A DNA stretch of 64,000 bases from the human T2T-CHM13v2.0 reference genome, Homo sapiens, in NCBI RefSeq assembly GCF_009914755.1, contig NC_060930.1; one strand, 5' to 3'. Below are positions 15,548 through 29,270 of this stretch, in pieces; positions within the stretch are counted from its first letter, which is position 1, and each line of letters opens with the position of its first letter. The translations under genes and the position numbers were made by a program. Below the pieces are notes generated by a model. It ran no database searches. It saw only the letters and a program-made list of their open reading frames with translations, and was not told the origin of the DNA.

Positions 15548-15888
15548 TGTCTCAGATTGGATTATTTAAAATCAGACTGAGGCAGAGGTAGGAGATCAAC
15601 ACTTCTGAAAGGAACATGGAGGAACAATCCTATTGGGCGGAGGGAATTGAATGGCAGCAAAAGCTTGGGACAAAGCATCAGCAAACCTGGAGCAGTGCAC
15701 AGCAGCAAGGCTGCTTGTCAAAGGGTTGTGCATTGGGTCAGAATGCTGAGGCCTCTGGCTCAGACAACAGGTGGGAGCTGCCCTGGAGCTGAAAGCTGGG
15801 GGTGAGTGCTGGATGCACTTTCTGCAGCTGGGCAGCACACACTCCCTTACAGGGGGATCTTGAGGTAGGCATCTCAGTGCCTACCACA
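15548..15888 (-). mobile_element. LTR16-family solo LTR (ERVL)
   Basis: Reverse strand begins TGTGGTAGGCACTGAGATGCC...AGATCCCCC...CCCAGCTGC and ends ...CCAATCTGAGACA. Perfect 5-bp TSD GTAGT at 15543-15547 and 15889-15893. Confidence 0.8.
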
Positions 15889-18800
15889 GTAGTTAACAAA
15901 ATTAAACACATTTTTTCCTAGTAAACTTTGTAGAGCCTTTGATATGTATTAGAATATTAATCCATTGTAAAACTTCAAGAGAGGTTGTATTGTACAGTGT
16001 TATCAAAAGTGTTTGACCTCAGAATCTCTCTGTATATTTTTTACTAAGTATCTCACAGAACTAGTGTTCTGTGGATCCTACTTTGGTATCCTCTTCTCTT
16101 GTTTGTAGCTTCTGATTGCTGCATTTTCTAAATTCATCTTTTTTCCCTTCCTCCTCCTTCTCCTCCTCCTGCTTCTCATCTACATGCCCTGATTTATGAA
16201 GCAGTGTCACTCATAATGCTTATTGCTCAATAAGCAAAGATTTTAAATTACACAATATACATTAGGAAACTTCTGTGGTAACATTTATTGATTAAGAATT
16301 TCAGGAATGATTGGAAAAAGCTTTGGAATAGGAACACAGATAACGAATGCGTGGTGCCAAAACAATCACTTGCTAGGAAAAAAATCTGAAAGATGTATTA
16401 TCCTTAGTAACATCAACCCAAGATTTGGCTGAATAGTTTTCTACAAAACTAACTGTTTTGGTGTGACATACACAAAACTCAGAGAGACTCTTTACATAAT
16501 TATTCAAAGAATTGCATGGAATTTAAATTAACCATTAAATAATTGAAATGGCCATTTGGAAAACAAATGCCATGCTATTCTTTGTAAGTATATAAATGTA
16601 AAATGCTAAAGTATAAACAGAAGTGAGTGTATACCTACTGCTGACAACAGTTCACCAATATTCTTGTTATTTAAAAATATAATATTCCTGCCTTGGTTAT
16701 GAAATAAGTCTATGAAGGATAATAAATGAATTTACAGTTATGTTAATGTGCAATGTAAATTATGTATATTATGTATGCTATTCTCAGATTACAAAAATCA
16801 GCTTTATAATATTTAAAACCCTAATGTATTAAAGTTTTAAAGATACTTTTTTAGGGAAATTTCTGGTTCTCTTTCTTTCTTTTATTTCGCTCCTCACTGC
16901 TCTTGGTATGTTTTACATTTGAAAAAAAAAAAAGATGTGAAATTAGAGGAAGCATATGAATTAGAAACTCATGGGAAAGCTAATGTTTCCTTTTCTGTGG
17001 ATTCAACAAAACCTTACATTCAATCAATTACTTAAATCATGATTATGTAATATGTGGTGCTAAAATACAGGTTCTAGATAAGATATTATTTTATCTGGGG
17101 GAGGAATTTTAGACCTGTTAAGGAAATAACATCTTTTTTCAATAACTGAATATTGAATAATAAGCGAATGTCCTAATTTAATTTTTGTGAAATAATGGGG
17201 TTAGTTTATCATAGAGCTCAAAGCACCCAGTATTATCAAAATTTTCAATATTTTACTATGGCTATCTTCATTTTTCCATCTGTAAGGAATGTTAGGGATT
17301 ATAGCACTTACGCTTAAAATTGTGTTCCACTTAATTAAATCTGCATTTGGAAATTTCTCCTGTTAGATGACCCTCATGTATTTGGGATGCCAGGCAGGTG
17401 GAGGCTCTGCTTGAACCTGTCTGGACTGGTCGCTCAGGGGAGCTATGTCCCTGAAGGAAATACCTGATAGCAACACAGCCACATTCATAACGTAGAAACC
17501 TCCTTATAATTTCATTCAACCCCCCTAAAATTCTAATTGGAGACTAAGAGTTTGAAAAAATTGTATTGTTTTATTTCCTGAGCTGGGATCAATAGAATTC
17601 TCTCAGTGGCATTTTCATTGCAGGATGGAGAGCTTGAAGCAGACACTGCCTTGATTGTATCTAGAATGGCAATTGGAAATAGATTTGTTTTTCCTTCCTT
17701 CTCCATACAGTCAATCTTCATGTTTGGGTTCAGTTTTCCAATACCAGAAATGCAGCAACATTGTACACACAGTTCAATATCTGGTTATGATAATAAAACA
17801 CACACACACAAACTAACAAAAACCCACCATCATGTTTGATAAAGTTTAAAATATCATTCAGGATGCTTTTCTTGTGTGTAAGATGGTCTCCCATACTCTA
17901 CATTCTAATTAAGTAGAGCAGTAAATCAAAGCATGCTGGATGTTTTGTGAGGAACAGCTGGATTAAAATGTGCTTGAGAATAGGGGCTAGTAGTGTCTTG
18001 TATGTGTTTTGGCAGGCTGCCTGCCTTGGTACAGCTACAGAGTGCTGGAATGCTTGATAATTTCAGGGCAAGTTAGTTTTCCATGGCTTACAACCTGCTT
18101 AATGCAGGGAAGAAAGCTTGTAGCTGTTTTGCCATCTCATCAGGATGGGATATGGAATAATCACAGTGGTTACCTAACAGTGATGGAAAGCCTGAGCAGT
18201 GAGGGAAAAGGGGACTGCAAATCTGACTGAACATGGGCATTTCAGGTTTGGAAATATGTGCTACCTACTAAAATGAGCTATCGACTAATTCAGGAAGAAA
18301 TGTTATATGGGCTTAATGTTCATCTTCATCCACACTATAATGAGAAGGATTAGACTGGCTTCCATATGTGGAATATTTATTTCAGCAATACAAGAAAATG
18401 TATTTCCCTAATATTTTTTTTCTGTATGCACAAGGCCCTAAATTTTACAGATGTGATTAATGTTTTAATTTGCTGTTCTAGTTGGATACAAGTTTACCCT
18501 ACAATATAAATTACTTACAAAGAAATTTGCTTATATGGAGCTTAATTCATAAGCTGTTTAACCACCTTGTGTGGTATCGCTGCTATTTCTCTATGGGGCT
18601 CTGCAGCTATGCAGCTTATTTTAAAAATAAAAGCTATCAAATATTTTGAAATCATTTATATTAAGTTTTTATGAAAAAATAACATAATGATTGTCATTTA
18701 GTTGGAATTCAAAACAAAAACAAAAACAGAAAACAAAAACCAACCTTAACAATTACACTGTGGCAACCTTGCTAAAAATTCTGAATAAGGCACATATATT

Positions 18801-18989
18801 AATTTGATATGTTTAATTTTCACCTTTCAGTTCTCTTGTTACTTAGTCATCTAGTATTATTTGGTATGCATTTTGTGTAGGGTAGATTAAATAAATATTG
18901 GTAAATATGATGCAAAACCTAGTTTCTCCCAATTTAATTATGACCTTATTTCTCCCAGAATAAAGAATGCAGTTTTTAGCAATGGAACA

Positions 18990-19226
18990 TCTTGTCAAAA
19001 TAGCACTGATCCACCCCTTTACCTGTTCTTAACTTGAGCTCAATGGAAAGTCTACTCATGAATTAATTAACATCTGTGAATCTGAGTTTTTTTACCTGTA
19101 ATAAAGGAGTCATGTCAATATCCCCCTAATCTACATTTTGTTGTGAGGGCACATCACATAACGTGTGTGAAATGCTTTGGAAATTTTACAATCTTATAGA
19201 AAGGTTTGTATTTGTTATTATTACTA
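18990..19226 (+). mobile_element. MIR-family SINE
   Basis: Core TCTGAGTTTTTTTACCTGTAATAAAGG...TTGTTGTGAGG...GTGTGAAATGCTTTG. Confidence 0.7.
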
Positions 19227-19311
19227 GTACAAATAAGCTTTTTATTCAAATGCCAAATAAGACCACAGCAGGAAGGGAAATTATCAGAAGAAATATCAGA
19301 CAATATGGGAG

Positions 19312-19654
19312 AAACGCACAGATCCAGGTGTTGTGGGGTCTGATGCATATATGATTCTGGCGGGCATCCTCTTAAATAAAAAAGAGTATAACATCGTGCT
19401 TACAAAACTATGTTCTAAAGTGAATATTTGTGAATGAGAAAACAAATCACAACAAATGACAGGAGGCTTGGAGATACAGGTCTTTTTCTAGTAAATTGAA
19501 ACAATTCATTAGAAGTGCTCACAGAGAAATTCTACTTGAATACAGTCTTGCTGCCACTTCTCACCTTGAACCCTCTGCAGCTTCCAGCCATTCCCCTGCC
19601 TTCACTTAGTGATTCGAAGGGTTAATCATTAATTTCACCTGGAGTCAGCTTCTG
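19312..19654 (+). mobile_element. hAT-Tip100-like DNA transposon relic (ORSL-type)
   Basis: CAGATCCAGGTGTTGTGGGGTCTGATGCATATATGATTCTGG...GAATGAGAAAACAAATCACAACAAAT. A related copy lies at 59173. Confidence 0.55.
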
Positions 19655-21038
19655 ATGGGCACTTATGTTGGTAAACACAATATTGATCTTTGTTAGTTTT
19701 ACCACTTATTTTTCATAACTCACTCCATGCTTCCTAGGTTGTATAATAATGAAAAGTGCTTAGACCAAAGAATCATAAAAAAAGAGAAAGGTAAACATGT
19801 AAAAGAAGTGAAGGAGAGCTGCATAGTATTGAGTAGCTTGAAGATAAGTAATCATATTTTCTCAAACAGCTTAAGGATTAATTTGTAAGCCCCCAAGAAG
19901 AGCAGATGCCCATGTCCACTGGTTCTAGGTGTATTCATGTCCAGGTTGTGTGTAAATGTATCCAGAAACACATAGTCATCGCTTGATCCCATTTAAAATA
20001 GGACAATTTGTTTACTATATTTGAATAGATAGTCTGGAAAGTAAGTTTCTGAGAAGTTTTTACGCCCTAAAATATTGGAATCCAGAACAGTGTGATGGCT
20101 TGCAATGCACTGCACTGTTACTGATTTTCTTAAATATATTTATTTTTCTGGCTTTCTTTCCTCATTTACTGTTTGTTTTTAACAAAGGCTGTTTTGGAAG
20201 TTCTCCTTACTACTTAATGAAATGGGAATAGAAATCATAGGGACAATCGAAATTCCGTAAACCCAAAACTATTAGTCACTTATTTAGACATAGCTCTTTC
20301 TTCCCTATATTGACAAATGTAGGGAAAATTCCAAAAGTCTCAAGTTAACTAAATATTCCTTGGAAAAATCTCTATCAAGTAGTTGCAAAGGAACATATGA
20401 AGCTGGGAATCTATCATTCTGAATAAATTACAGCTTTATAATTAGATTTTTAACTTTTTAGAGTGATGACTATATTACAGATAATCATTGAAAAAATCTG
20501 ATTATGATGTGTAAGAAGATTAGTGTTCTCTGCATTAATGTACAAAATAGCTGTGATTTTATTGTTTGTTCTTTGACCTCAGAAGAGGGTATGTAGTGTG
20601 TAAGAAAGGGAAGAGAGGGAGTTGAGGCACAGATTGGGTGGAGCCAGGTTGCCGTGAAGGCAGGCAGAAATCAGAAGCCAAGGCAGAGAGACTAAAGAAC
20701 AGTATATTCTAACACAGAAGAGAGATCTTGTTTTCTCTTAGCCTGTGTATAGAGGTCTAGTCATTATAAGCCTGAGCATTATGCCAGTTCCGTATTAACT
20801 TGACACACTCTCTAAGAGGGTAAAAAAAAGTGTTGGTGAATAAGAATTTTTATAGAGAAAAGCATAACCCACTAAGAGTGACTTTTATCAAGAAAAGCAG
20901 TTATTGAGGAAGAAAATTATTTAGCTTTTGCAATGCTGAAATCATTGAAGATTGAATTGATTTTCTATAGTCTTCTTTATTATATACACTGAACCACGAG
21001 TGCCAGAACAAGAGCAAAGCTATATTTTTATGAAAACT

Positions 21039-21276
21039 TAATAATAATAATAATAACATGTATTGAATACCTATTCTATTCTGGGTATCTTCCTAACACT
21101 TTAAATATATTAAAGCATTTAATTCTCAAAACACTTTTTTCTTCATTTTATTGATGACAAAACTGAGGCCCAGAGAAGCTAAGGAAGTTGCCCGAGTTCA
21201 CAGGCTTGTAAGTAGTAGAAGATGCAGGTTTCAAATCAGACGGTTTAGCTGACGAATCCAAACTCTTCATACATTA
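21039..21276 (-). mobile_element. MIR (MIRb-like)
   Basis: (TAA)n, then CATTTTATTGATGACAAAACTGAGGCCCAGAGAAGCTAAGGAAGTTGCCCGAGTTCACA, the reverse MIR core. Confidence 0.88.
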
Positions 21277-21477
21277 CCTTGTGAAATACTGAGGACTTAA
21301 TTCTCCAAACCTCGAGTAGATTACAATAGAGGCCAAATCAAAATATGCAGACCAAATTCAGAAAATATTGAACTGATTATGTTATACCAGTTCTGTTCAG
21401 ATTTGTTTTCAGGTCCTACGCTTCTCTTTCTAAGCATACAGCTTCTATACATCTAAAAACAAATATTGAAAAACATA

Positions 21478-21524
21478 TTAGGTTGGTGAAAGAGTAATTG
21501 CAGTGTTTGCCTTTACTTTCAATG
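21478..21524. mobile_element. MADE1 (Hsmar1-derived MITE), left half only
   Basis: TTAGGTTGGTGAAAGAGTAATTGCAGTGTTTGCCTTTACTTTCAATG preceded by TA. Confidence 0.8.
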
Positions 21525-24019
21525 CTTCATACTGCTGAAAGACTGACTCGTATGTCCTTGCCTAATTCTATGTTTACTGACATCCTTGATAACTACTCAC
21601 TTTTGTTCTTTAAAATTATTTGCTGACCGCACATTTTAACAAGAATTTAAAACAACTTGTACAACCTAAATTTTAGCAAGAAATTAACACAACCTAAATA
21701 TATAAATGTAATGGTTTTGTAGAAACATAAGGCTAGGGTTCCAGAATTTGTGCATATAAGATCCATATTTTAAACAAAACTATAGGGACTTCACAAATAT
21801 ATTGCAAGCAGAAATTGAAACAGTATCATTTGAATTAAGTCACTATAATTTGTAGTCCCTAAATTCAGTTTTAGCCCACCAATCACATGTTCACAATTAA
21901 ACCTGTTTCATTTCATCTGATTAGTAAATATTTATTTGGAATCTTTGACATCTTTATATCCTGCCTGGAGAACAAGGATCAGAATAAAAAATAAAGTCTG
22001 GTCCTCTGTTTTGTTGAATATTCAGATAATATATAATACTCTATTTTATTTCAAAAAGTTTGTAACCTGATCATTTATATCATCTTCTTTTTAGGATTGA
22101 GAAAGACTGAAATGCAAATGGTCCTAGCTAGAGACATGGAAAATTATAAATTGATTTAGAAATGAAAAGAACAGTAAAAAACTTCAATTCATAGTAAATA
22201 ACTACTCTGTATGTCAATAATAAATTACTAATTTGCTGTGGAATATACAGGTAATCCACAGGAGTGAAGTAGGAGATATGGACCTTTGGATAATAGTATT
22301 TGAAAGAATGGTACACATGTGAAGCAGTCTGCAAACAATTCAAAGCAGTATACATAAGTGTGAGATAAGTGAGGAAGAGTTGCTTTGTAGATAGTGTATA
22401 CATTCTCATAAAGGGATGGTGTCAGTTGCCGTGGGTGTCATGAGCCTATCTCAACCAAATAAAGATTCAGCTGATACTGGGGGGAAGAAAAGTACGCTTA
22501 CTGATCAATAGAGAGGGAGGAGGAGAGAATTCAAGGTAGAGAAATAGTGAAATAGCAGACCTGATGTCAGCAACTTACAGACTTAAGTGCACATAGGTGG
22601 TTGCTATAGCCTGTAGGGGTGCATGTTTAAGCACAATGATATAATTGAAAATAAATAATGCTTCTCTTCAATGAATACAGTTACTTTGTTGCTTTCATTT
22701 GAAAATAAAAATACTTTGTTTGAAGAGCTGTACCAGTGCAATTAGTACAATGCAGAGAAATAAATGACTCAAGGTAAAATCTACCATAGTATTTCTATGA
22801 AAGCTAAATATTATTTAAAATCTAGCCTAGTGTTGAGGCACTAGTCTTAAATTGCATTGTGACTAAGAGATGTGTTTTATTAACGGAAACTTAAATACAA
22901 GAGCTTAATAGGGCTGGAGAAATCAGCAGCAATGTTTTAGTGGATTATAAAAGGATTTAATGATCAGTGACTGATTCCTACTTCCCTTTTCATCAATGAT
23001 AACATGGCAATGAGATTGCTGCCAGTACTGCTTTCTATAACTTTACTAAGAATCATTTTTTTAAAAAATGGGGAATAGAAAGACAAAATGAGATTAAGAT
23101 TATTTGTTTGGTTACATAAGCTTTGCCTGATCCTGTTTAGAGTCACTTAGGGGATCTGCAAGTTTTTATTCCAAAGTTATGCTATTTGAAACCCTTCAGT
23201 GGCATAAACATTCCATTATATATAAAAGCAGACATATATACAAACTTAACGTGGCAGAAATATATGTTTGCAGCTAACAGAGTGTGCACAGTAAAAGCAG
23301 AATGAAATATAATCGAGGTCCAATGCTGACATTGTAAGAAGATTGTGGTCTTCTTAAAAAGCAAAGAAAATGTTTTTCCTTAGAAATCAATTGCAAACAA
23401 AGAGATGGGGGGAAGCTCTGTTGTTTTCTCTGGAAATGTGTGTTTAATAATTGTTTAATTTTTTATCTGTAGAAAAGCTACCAAATCAAATTGAATGTAT
23501 CTTTTGCATTTTGACGATTGTCCAATGAGGCAGATAATTGACTGAATTACCCAGGCTGACCACCCAGAGATCGCCAACATCTCTTATCTCTCCATTGGTA
23601 AACTTGCAATGTTCCAGTATCTGGTTCTCAGCCTTTCAGGATCAGCAAATGTGTTTAGGTCAGCACACCAAGAGTTCATAGGTTCCACACAGCTGGATAC
23701 CCATTTATCACGCTCACAGAGAATGCTACGGTAAACATCAAATGACAATTCATCAATTTACAATGAAAAATACAAATGTTGATCAGTGCAGAATTTTCAA
23801 GTTGACCTAACCAAAGCTTGTTCTCTCATTTTAACAACATATTTATACAGGAGGCTGAATTATAGACAGTCTTTGGTTTCCTCCTACAGGTGGCATTTGT
23901 TGTGACAGGTTTGGTTAGTTGAAAGACACTCTGGCCTACCTGTTTTGGCATGGTTTCCCTTATACATCACCAATAATATCTAGGATGGTTTTTTAACATT
24001 AATTTTCCCTTGGACATTA

Positions 24020-24100
24020 TGTGTGTGTGTGTGTGTGTGTGTATGCACAAATAGATATACATATATACACACACACACATATATATATATACACACTCAG
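24020..24100. repeat. (TG)n and (TA)/(CA) microsatellites
   Basis: Read directly. Confidence 0.9.
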
Positions 24101-24359
24101 AGACATATATAATTAATACTGTAATATGAGCAGGCTTTAGAGATCCTAATAAATGATGAATCATGTGTTTTATTGGCACATTAATGTGATACAGAAAATA
24201 TATAATACATTCAACATAGAATGTTTATCCCATATTTAAAAAAACATAGAAATTATTTATTGACATTCACTGAGTAATAACTGAGTAATAATCTTTATTA
24301 TTATAAGTGGAAGAGAAATGAAATTAGCAATTATGCTAATAGCTAGCTTGCTCACCTTC

Positions 24360-24855
24360 AACTGAGAATTGCCCCAAATGATATACCAGGTATCCCCTCC
24401 ACATCTTTTCCTTGATTCAACCTGATCCACTATGTCCACTGTTAATCTGGGGGTAAATGCTTGATCCAAATCTGCCTGATCATAGTCCATTTCCTAGAAA
24501 GTTGGGAATTGAAATGGAGCCTCTTTCTTTCTCTGGTGGATAATGCTATAAAATGTAAAACTTGGGAACTGTCAGTGGGCATATGGAAAGTGGAGGTCTA
24601 TGAAGAGTATGCTAATAACATATAAAAAATTGAAAGGAAATAAATGAAGACAGTGGCCCAGCAGCATTAAAATTTTTAGTTCTCATAGCCTCCAAGGTCT
24701 ACCAAATCCCTGAGCTTCTTGCAATTGTTTAGATTTTCATTTTGAGTATGAAATCTTTGAGTCAGGAAACCTCCCCTTCTCCACCGACTGCTGTTTTTGT
24801 GAAACAAATGAAAGCTTTGTTTCTATTAAGCGGGGCTAAAACAATCTTAAATAAT
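24360..24855 (+). mobile_element. Old ERVL LTR (LTR33-like)
   Basis: TGATCCAAATCTGCCTGATCATAG...GGGAATTGAAAT...TGTAAAACTTGGGAACTGT resembles LTR33. Heavily diverged, so boundaries are approximate. Confidence 0.45.
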
Positions 24856-25401
24856 ATAAGAAAATTATTTGGGAATGTTGGGATTTATTTTTTACTCAAA
24901 TAGAATTCAAAGTAACCTATCAAAATAAAAAAATTGTGATAGAAAAATATATTAGAAGTTACATTGCATTTTCTTGATTCATTAAAGGGCCTTAGTGATT
25001 AACAATTAGTACAAAAACCATATAAATAATGAGTATTTATATAAATACTCATTATTCATGTCTTTATATTTGTACCCAAGAGAGATGTATATATTTCTCT
25101 CTATATAGGAATATTAATATTTAATTAAATATTGATTTTTTATTACCCATAATTGAAAACATTGTATTTGTAAGATAATCTCTACTTACTAATAAAAACT
25201 TAAAGGAGCTGTTATTGCCAATATTTTCTTATTAGAATCTTAATGAGTAGGGTAGTTTTTTTTTTTGTTTCTTTGTTTACTGATTGTTAAGTAAGCACAT
25301 TTGCTAGGTGTACACCATTTCCAAAGCATTCTTCTAGATATTGAGGGTGAGCTAGAAATAAAATGAAATGCATAACTTCTAGTAACTTATAGGATAGTTG
25401 G

Positions 25402-25740
25402 TATGCTAGTTCTTTCAAGCTGCTATAACTTGGTAATTTATAAACAGAAGCTTGTTGTTGACAGTTCTGGAGGCTGGGGAGTCCATGATGAAGGTGTCAA
25501 CAGATTCAGTGTCTGCTGAGGGCTCACTCTCTGCCTCATGGATAATACCTTTTAGCTGTGTCCTTAAATGGCTGAAGTCAAAGGCCCTCAAACCTCTTTT
25601 ATAATGGCACTAATGTGATTCATGAGGGCTCTTCCCTCATGACCTAGTTACCGCCAAAAGCCCCACCTCTTAATACTATCATCTTGGAGGTTAAGTTTCA
25701 TCATATGAATTTTGGGGGGAAACACATTTAGTTCATAGCA
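25402..25740 (-). mobile_element. MaLR solo LTR (MSTD/MLT1A-like)
   Basis: ACAGTTCTGGAGGCTGGGGAGTCC...CATGAGGGCTCTTCCCTCATGACCTAG...CATATGAATTTTGGGGGGAAACACATTTAGTTCATAGCA. Confidence 0.88.
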
Positions 25741-26067
25741 GCTGATATGCTTCAATAGATGTAAAAAAATTATATAGTTCAGCTAACTGTTCAGCTAGCA
25801 AACAGTTAGCATGCTGTTTGTTAGCATGTTTAAACCATCTAAATCCTCAATAAAACACTGATGAATTTGGAGTGGAGTAAATTGTGGGTGTTCTGCAATA
25901 CAAGTTTTTGTGTCACTTTGAGTGAAGAGAAAGACATAAATTGATAGTCCGCTGTGTATGTTATACAACAGTATATGTCCATTTGTTTGCTGTTCCAGAT
26001 GGAGATAGTAAACTAAAGAACCCAGCTCACTTATAAATGCTTTTTCCAACTCAAAGCTGATCAGTAG

Positions 26068-26785
26068 GCTGCCCTTTCTGCCTAGAACAGTTTTTCCCTA
26101 CCTGACTTCACCATTCCCCACTCCTTGCCACCTCACCCTTAACTCTTGTCCTAACTCCTGCTCATTCTTCAATTCAAGCTGATGAACTCTCCTTCAGAAA
26201 GCCTCCTAAAACTGCCCTAGATGTCTGTCAAGGACAGCCTCTTCCTGCCCCATGCTGGAATGGTCTCACTCACCTTGAAATTTCTGTTTGTTGACTATTC
26301 TTCTGTCAATAGACTTTGAATTTCTACAGCATACAGATTATATTCATTTTTGACATACTATTATCAAATTAGCATAGTACATTGATGTGGTTTGGCTGTG
26401 TGCTCACCAAAATCTCATCTTGAATTGTAGCTCCCATAATTCCCATGTGTCATGGGAGGGACCTGGTGGGAGGTAATTGAATCATGGGGGCAGGTCTTTC
26501 CCATGCTGTTCTCATGATAGTGAGTAAGTCTCGTGAGATCTGATGGTTTTATAAAGAGGAGTTCTCCCGCACATGCTCTCTTGCCTGCTGCCATATAAGA
26601 CTTGGCTTTGCTCCTCATTCACCTTCCACCATGATTGTGAGGCCTCCCCAGCTATGTGGAACTGTGAGTCTATTAAACCTCTTTCCTTTATAAATTACCC
26701 AGTCTCAGATAAGTCTTTATTAGCAGCGTGAGAACAGACTAATACATACACCATACACAGAATACAGTTTCTCAATAATAAATAA
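26068..26785 (+). mobile_element. L2 3' end, split by THE1B
   Basis: CCTTTCTGCCTAGAACAG...TAGACTTTGAATTTCT...AGCATAGTAC[THE1B]...CTCAATAATAAATA. Confidence 0.6.
26383..26746 (+). mobile_element. THE1B solo LTR (ERVL-MaLR)
   Basis: TGATGTGGTTTGGCTGTG...GGGGCAGGTCTTTCCCATGCTG...GAGAACAGACTAATACA. TSD TACAT/TACAC (4 of 5 match). Confidence 0.95.
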
Positions 26786-27139
26786 AGCAGTAATGACTAA
26801 ATGCGTTTAGGGATTTTGATTAAAAATTACCAGATAGGTGGTTCACGTTAAAGCAGAAGGAAAAGCAGTTTGAATTAAGGCTGAGGAAACACAAAGTTGT
26901 TCTGACAATTCAAGCTAAGGATTTGGTTATTATATAGAATCATAAAATAAATGAATATATTGGTTAGAAGGGATCTTATATTACTTAAATTACCTCACAA
27001 ATGATAGTCAATAGTGGGGCACGGTATGATATTTGTTGGGGAGATTATAAATCTAAAATAAATAGCACCTGCTGTCTAGCCTACATAGCATACCAACAAG
27101 AAAATCATAATTAAGAGCAAGATATTTCACATTAGTAAC

Positions 27140-27872
27140 TAACGGGAACAACAGGGCAAAGTTTGCGGCCTACGCATTAGAAGTAGAACATCACACCAAA
27201 TGGCAAGCCAGCGGCCAGAGATAAGAACTTAGAGTCATTTCTTCTGCCTAGCAGACTGGTGTCCTTGCTTTCCCACCACTTCCTTTAAACAGACCCTTCA
27301 GGCATTTGCCTGAAAACTTAAAACTCACACCCTATTCCGTTATATGTACTGCTAGTTGCCATGTGCTCTCTCCTTCTCTCTCTCTGCCTGACTCTTCATC
27401 CCTGCCTCCTATTACCCAGGGATGAAGGACTGCCTTCCTGACTCATTGTGCTCTCCCTGCTTAGAATCTGTAAGTAAAACCCTGAACTTGTTTAGTATTG
27501 CGGTAATGAGTTGAATTTGTGCCTTCCATCTGAAGAACCAGGGGTTACTCCAAGCCAGGTTTTCCCCATGGGGGAAGGGGTGGGCAGACAAAGTTGGGCT
27601 CCCAGTGTTGGAACATTTGTCAGGCAGGCATAAACCTAGCCATGAGTCAGATTAGCCACGAGGGCGTTTGATAGTATAAACAGGTTTCCCATGTGAGGGA
27701 CCCCCGGTTACAAGGGGGACAACTAGGCATTGGGTCATCTGCCAGGTCAAAGAAGTATCCCACAGAAGGCTCACTGTACACCCACATCCAGCTCCCTATC
27801 ACTTCCTATAAAGACAGGGTTGCTAACTGCTCTGGTACTGGATCCCCAGTTTAGCTGGGGGCTCTCAAAACA
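27140..27872 (+). mobile_element. Solo LTR, ~730 bp, probably ERVL class (MER73/74/54 group; subfamily uncertain)
   Basis: GC-richer block ending ...TTAGCTGGGGGCTCTCAAAACA with internal AGTAAA poly(A)-like signal near 27473. Perfect 5-bp TSD GTAAC at 27135-27139 and 27873-27877. Confidence 0.75.
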
Positions 27873-28589
27873 GTAACCTGAATGTAAGCATGGTGTTCTT
27901 CTACAGTCCTCATATTATGGTTAACTGGGCACTTGTCCACTTTAGTTGGAAAAAAGAATAACATTTTATGTAAATTATTATTAATAATGCTTTAATGAAC
28001 AGCCCCACTGTCCTCTTTATTTTTTTTTCTTTTAGAATAAGTTATTTTGATTCAGAAAAGACTACTGAATGAGCAGGATTATTCTGCCTGATTTATGAGG
28101 CCTTTAAAATGACAGAATAACCTTCCAATCAGAAAGCAGCACTGTAAATTTAAGATTCAGTCTGTAAGGAGGGCAAAACACTGAACTGCCACTGCACACA
28201 GATTAGAAATAAACTGCAATAACTTCCCTTTTGTATTTCTGCTTGAATATAGTATAAGAATGCAAACTTTGGTATAAGTATGTGATTGATGATTCCTAAT
28301 GAAGATTATTTTTAAAGAGGGCAAAATAGGAGACTTGTTCTTAATTAATAAGGGGAAAATATTGAACTTGGTTCTTTATTTCTGTTAACGAATTTGCTTA
28401 AAGTATGAATTTTCTTATACATGTGTTATACTGGAATGCATATTAATTGCATCTGCTGATGTGTGTTTGTGATAATGTGTGGCTGGAATTATGGCTATAT
28501 AAATATAACATGTTGTATTATTGTAATTTGAAATGCATTAGGCATTAGAAAATATAAATTGTATAATAAATATCTTTTTTATACCACTC

Positions 28590-29270
28590 ACTCTCAGAAA
28601 TAAACAATGATGTTATAAGCTTCTTGTACTCAAATGTCAAAATGTTGTTAGAGTATATACTTTGACTGAACTTGCTGTGAATTTGAACCTTTATCTATAT
28701 TAGATATTGTTAAATTTGTCCCCTAAGTTATTTTAACAATGAACATTCCAACCAGCTGAAAATATGTGACTGTAACCTTTATATCATCGACAACACTTGA
28801 TGTTTTCAGAATCTCGATTTTCTTGCCCTATTTGTTGGGTGTGAAATTATATCCCATTGGGCCATTTCCTGATTACTAGGGACAGTGGAGAGGAGGTGGA
28901 GAGGTTCAGATTTCCTCTATTTTTAATTGCCTTCTCAAATTATTGCTTTATGTTAGTATTTTTTCTGTATTGATTTCTATGAATTCTTCATATGCTCTGG
29001 ATAACTAATTCTCTGTCTTGTATATGCTTTGCATATATTTCTGCCAGTCTGTCAATTCTTTTTACTTGAGATAGTGAATATGCAATATTCTTTGGAATTT
29101 TCTACAAAAATTACTACATTTTTGTTTTTCATAGTATTTAGTACACCTGTTGTTAGCTTTTAGTGCAAGCAAGAGTTATAAATTTTTTCATGAATGAACT
29201 AATTTTTTTCAGCACTATTAATTGAATATGCTGCCCTTTCCTCATGAATTTTCACATCCAAGTCTGCTAA
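28590..29270 (-). mobile_element. Ancient L1M (L1ME-like) fragment
   Basis: TAGATATTGTTAAATTTGTCC...CATTCCAACCAGC...GGGTGTGAAATTATATCCCATTG resembles reverse L1 ORF2 end. Confidence 0.6.

Noticed and set aside
16054-16073. Small hairpin CACAGAAC-TAGT-GTTCTGTG
   Set aside because: Only an 8-bp stem, and it resembles the subterminal palindrome of old hAT/MER elements.
22095-22250. Possible exon bounded by CTTCTTTTTAG/G and CAG/GTAATC
   Set aside because: The protein-like frame stops within the segment and there is no other support. A non-coding exon cannot be excluded.
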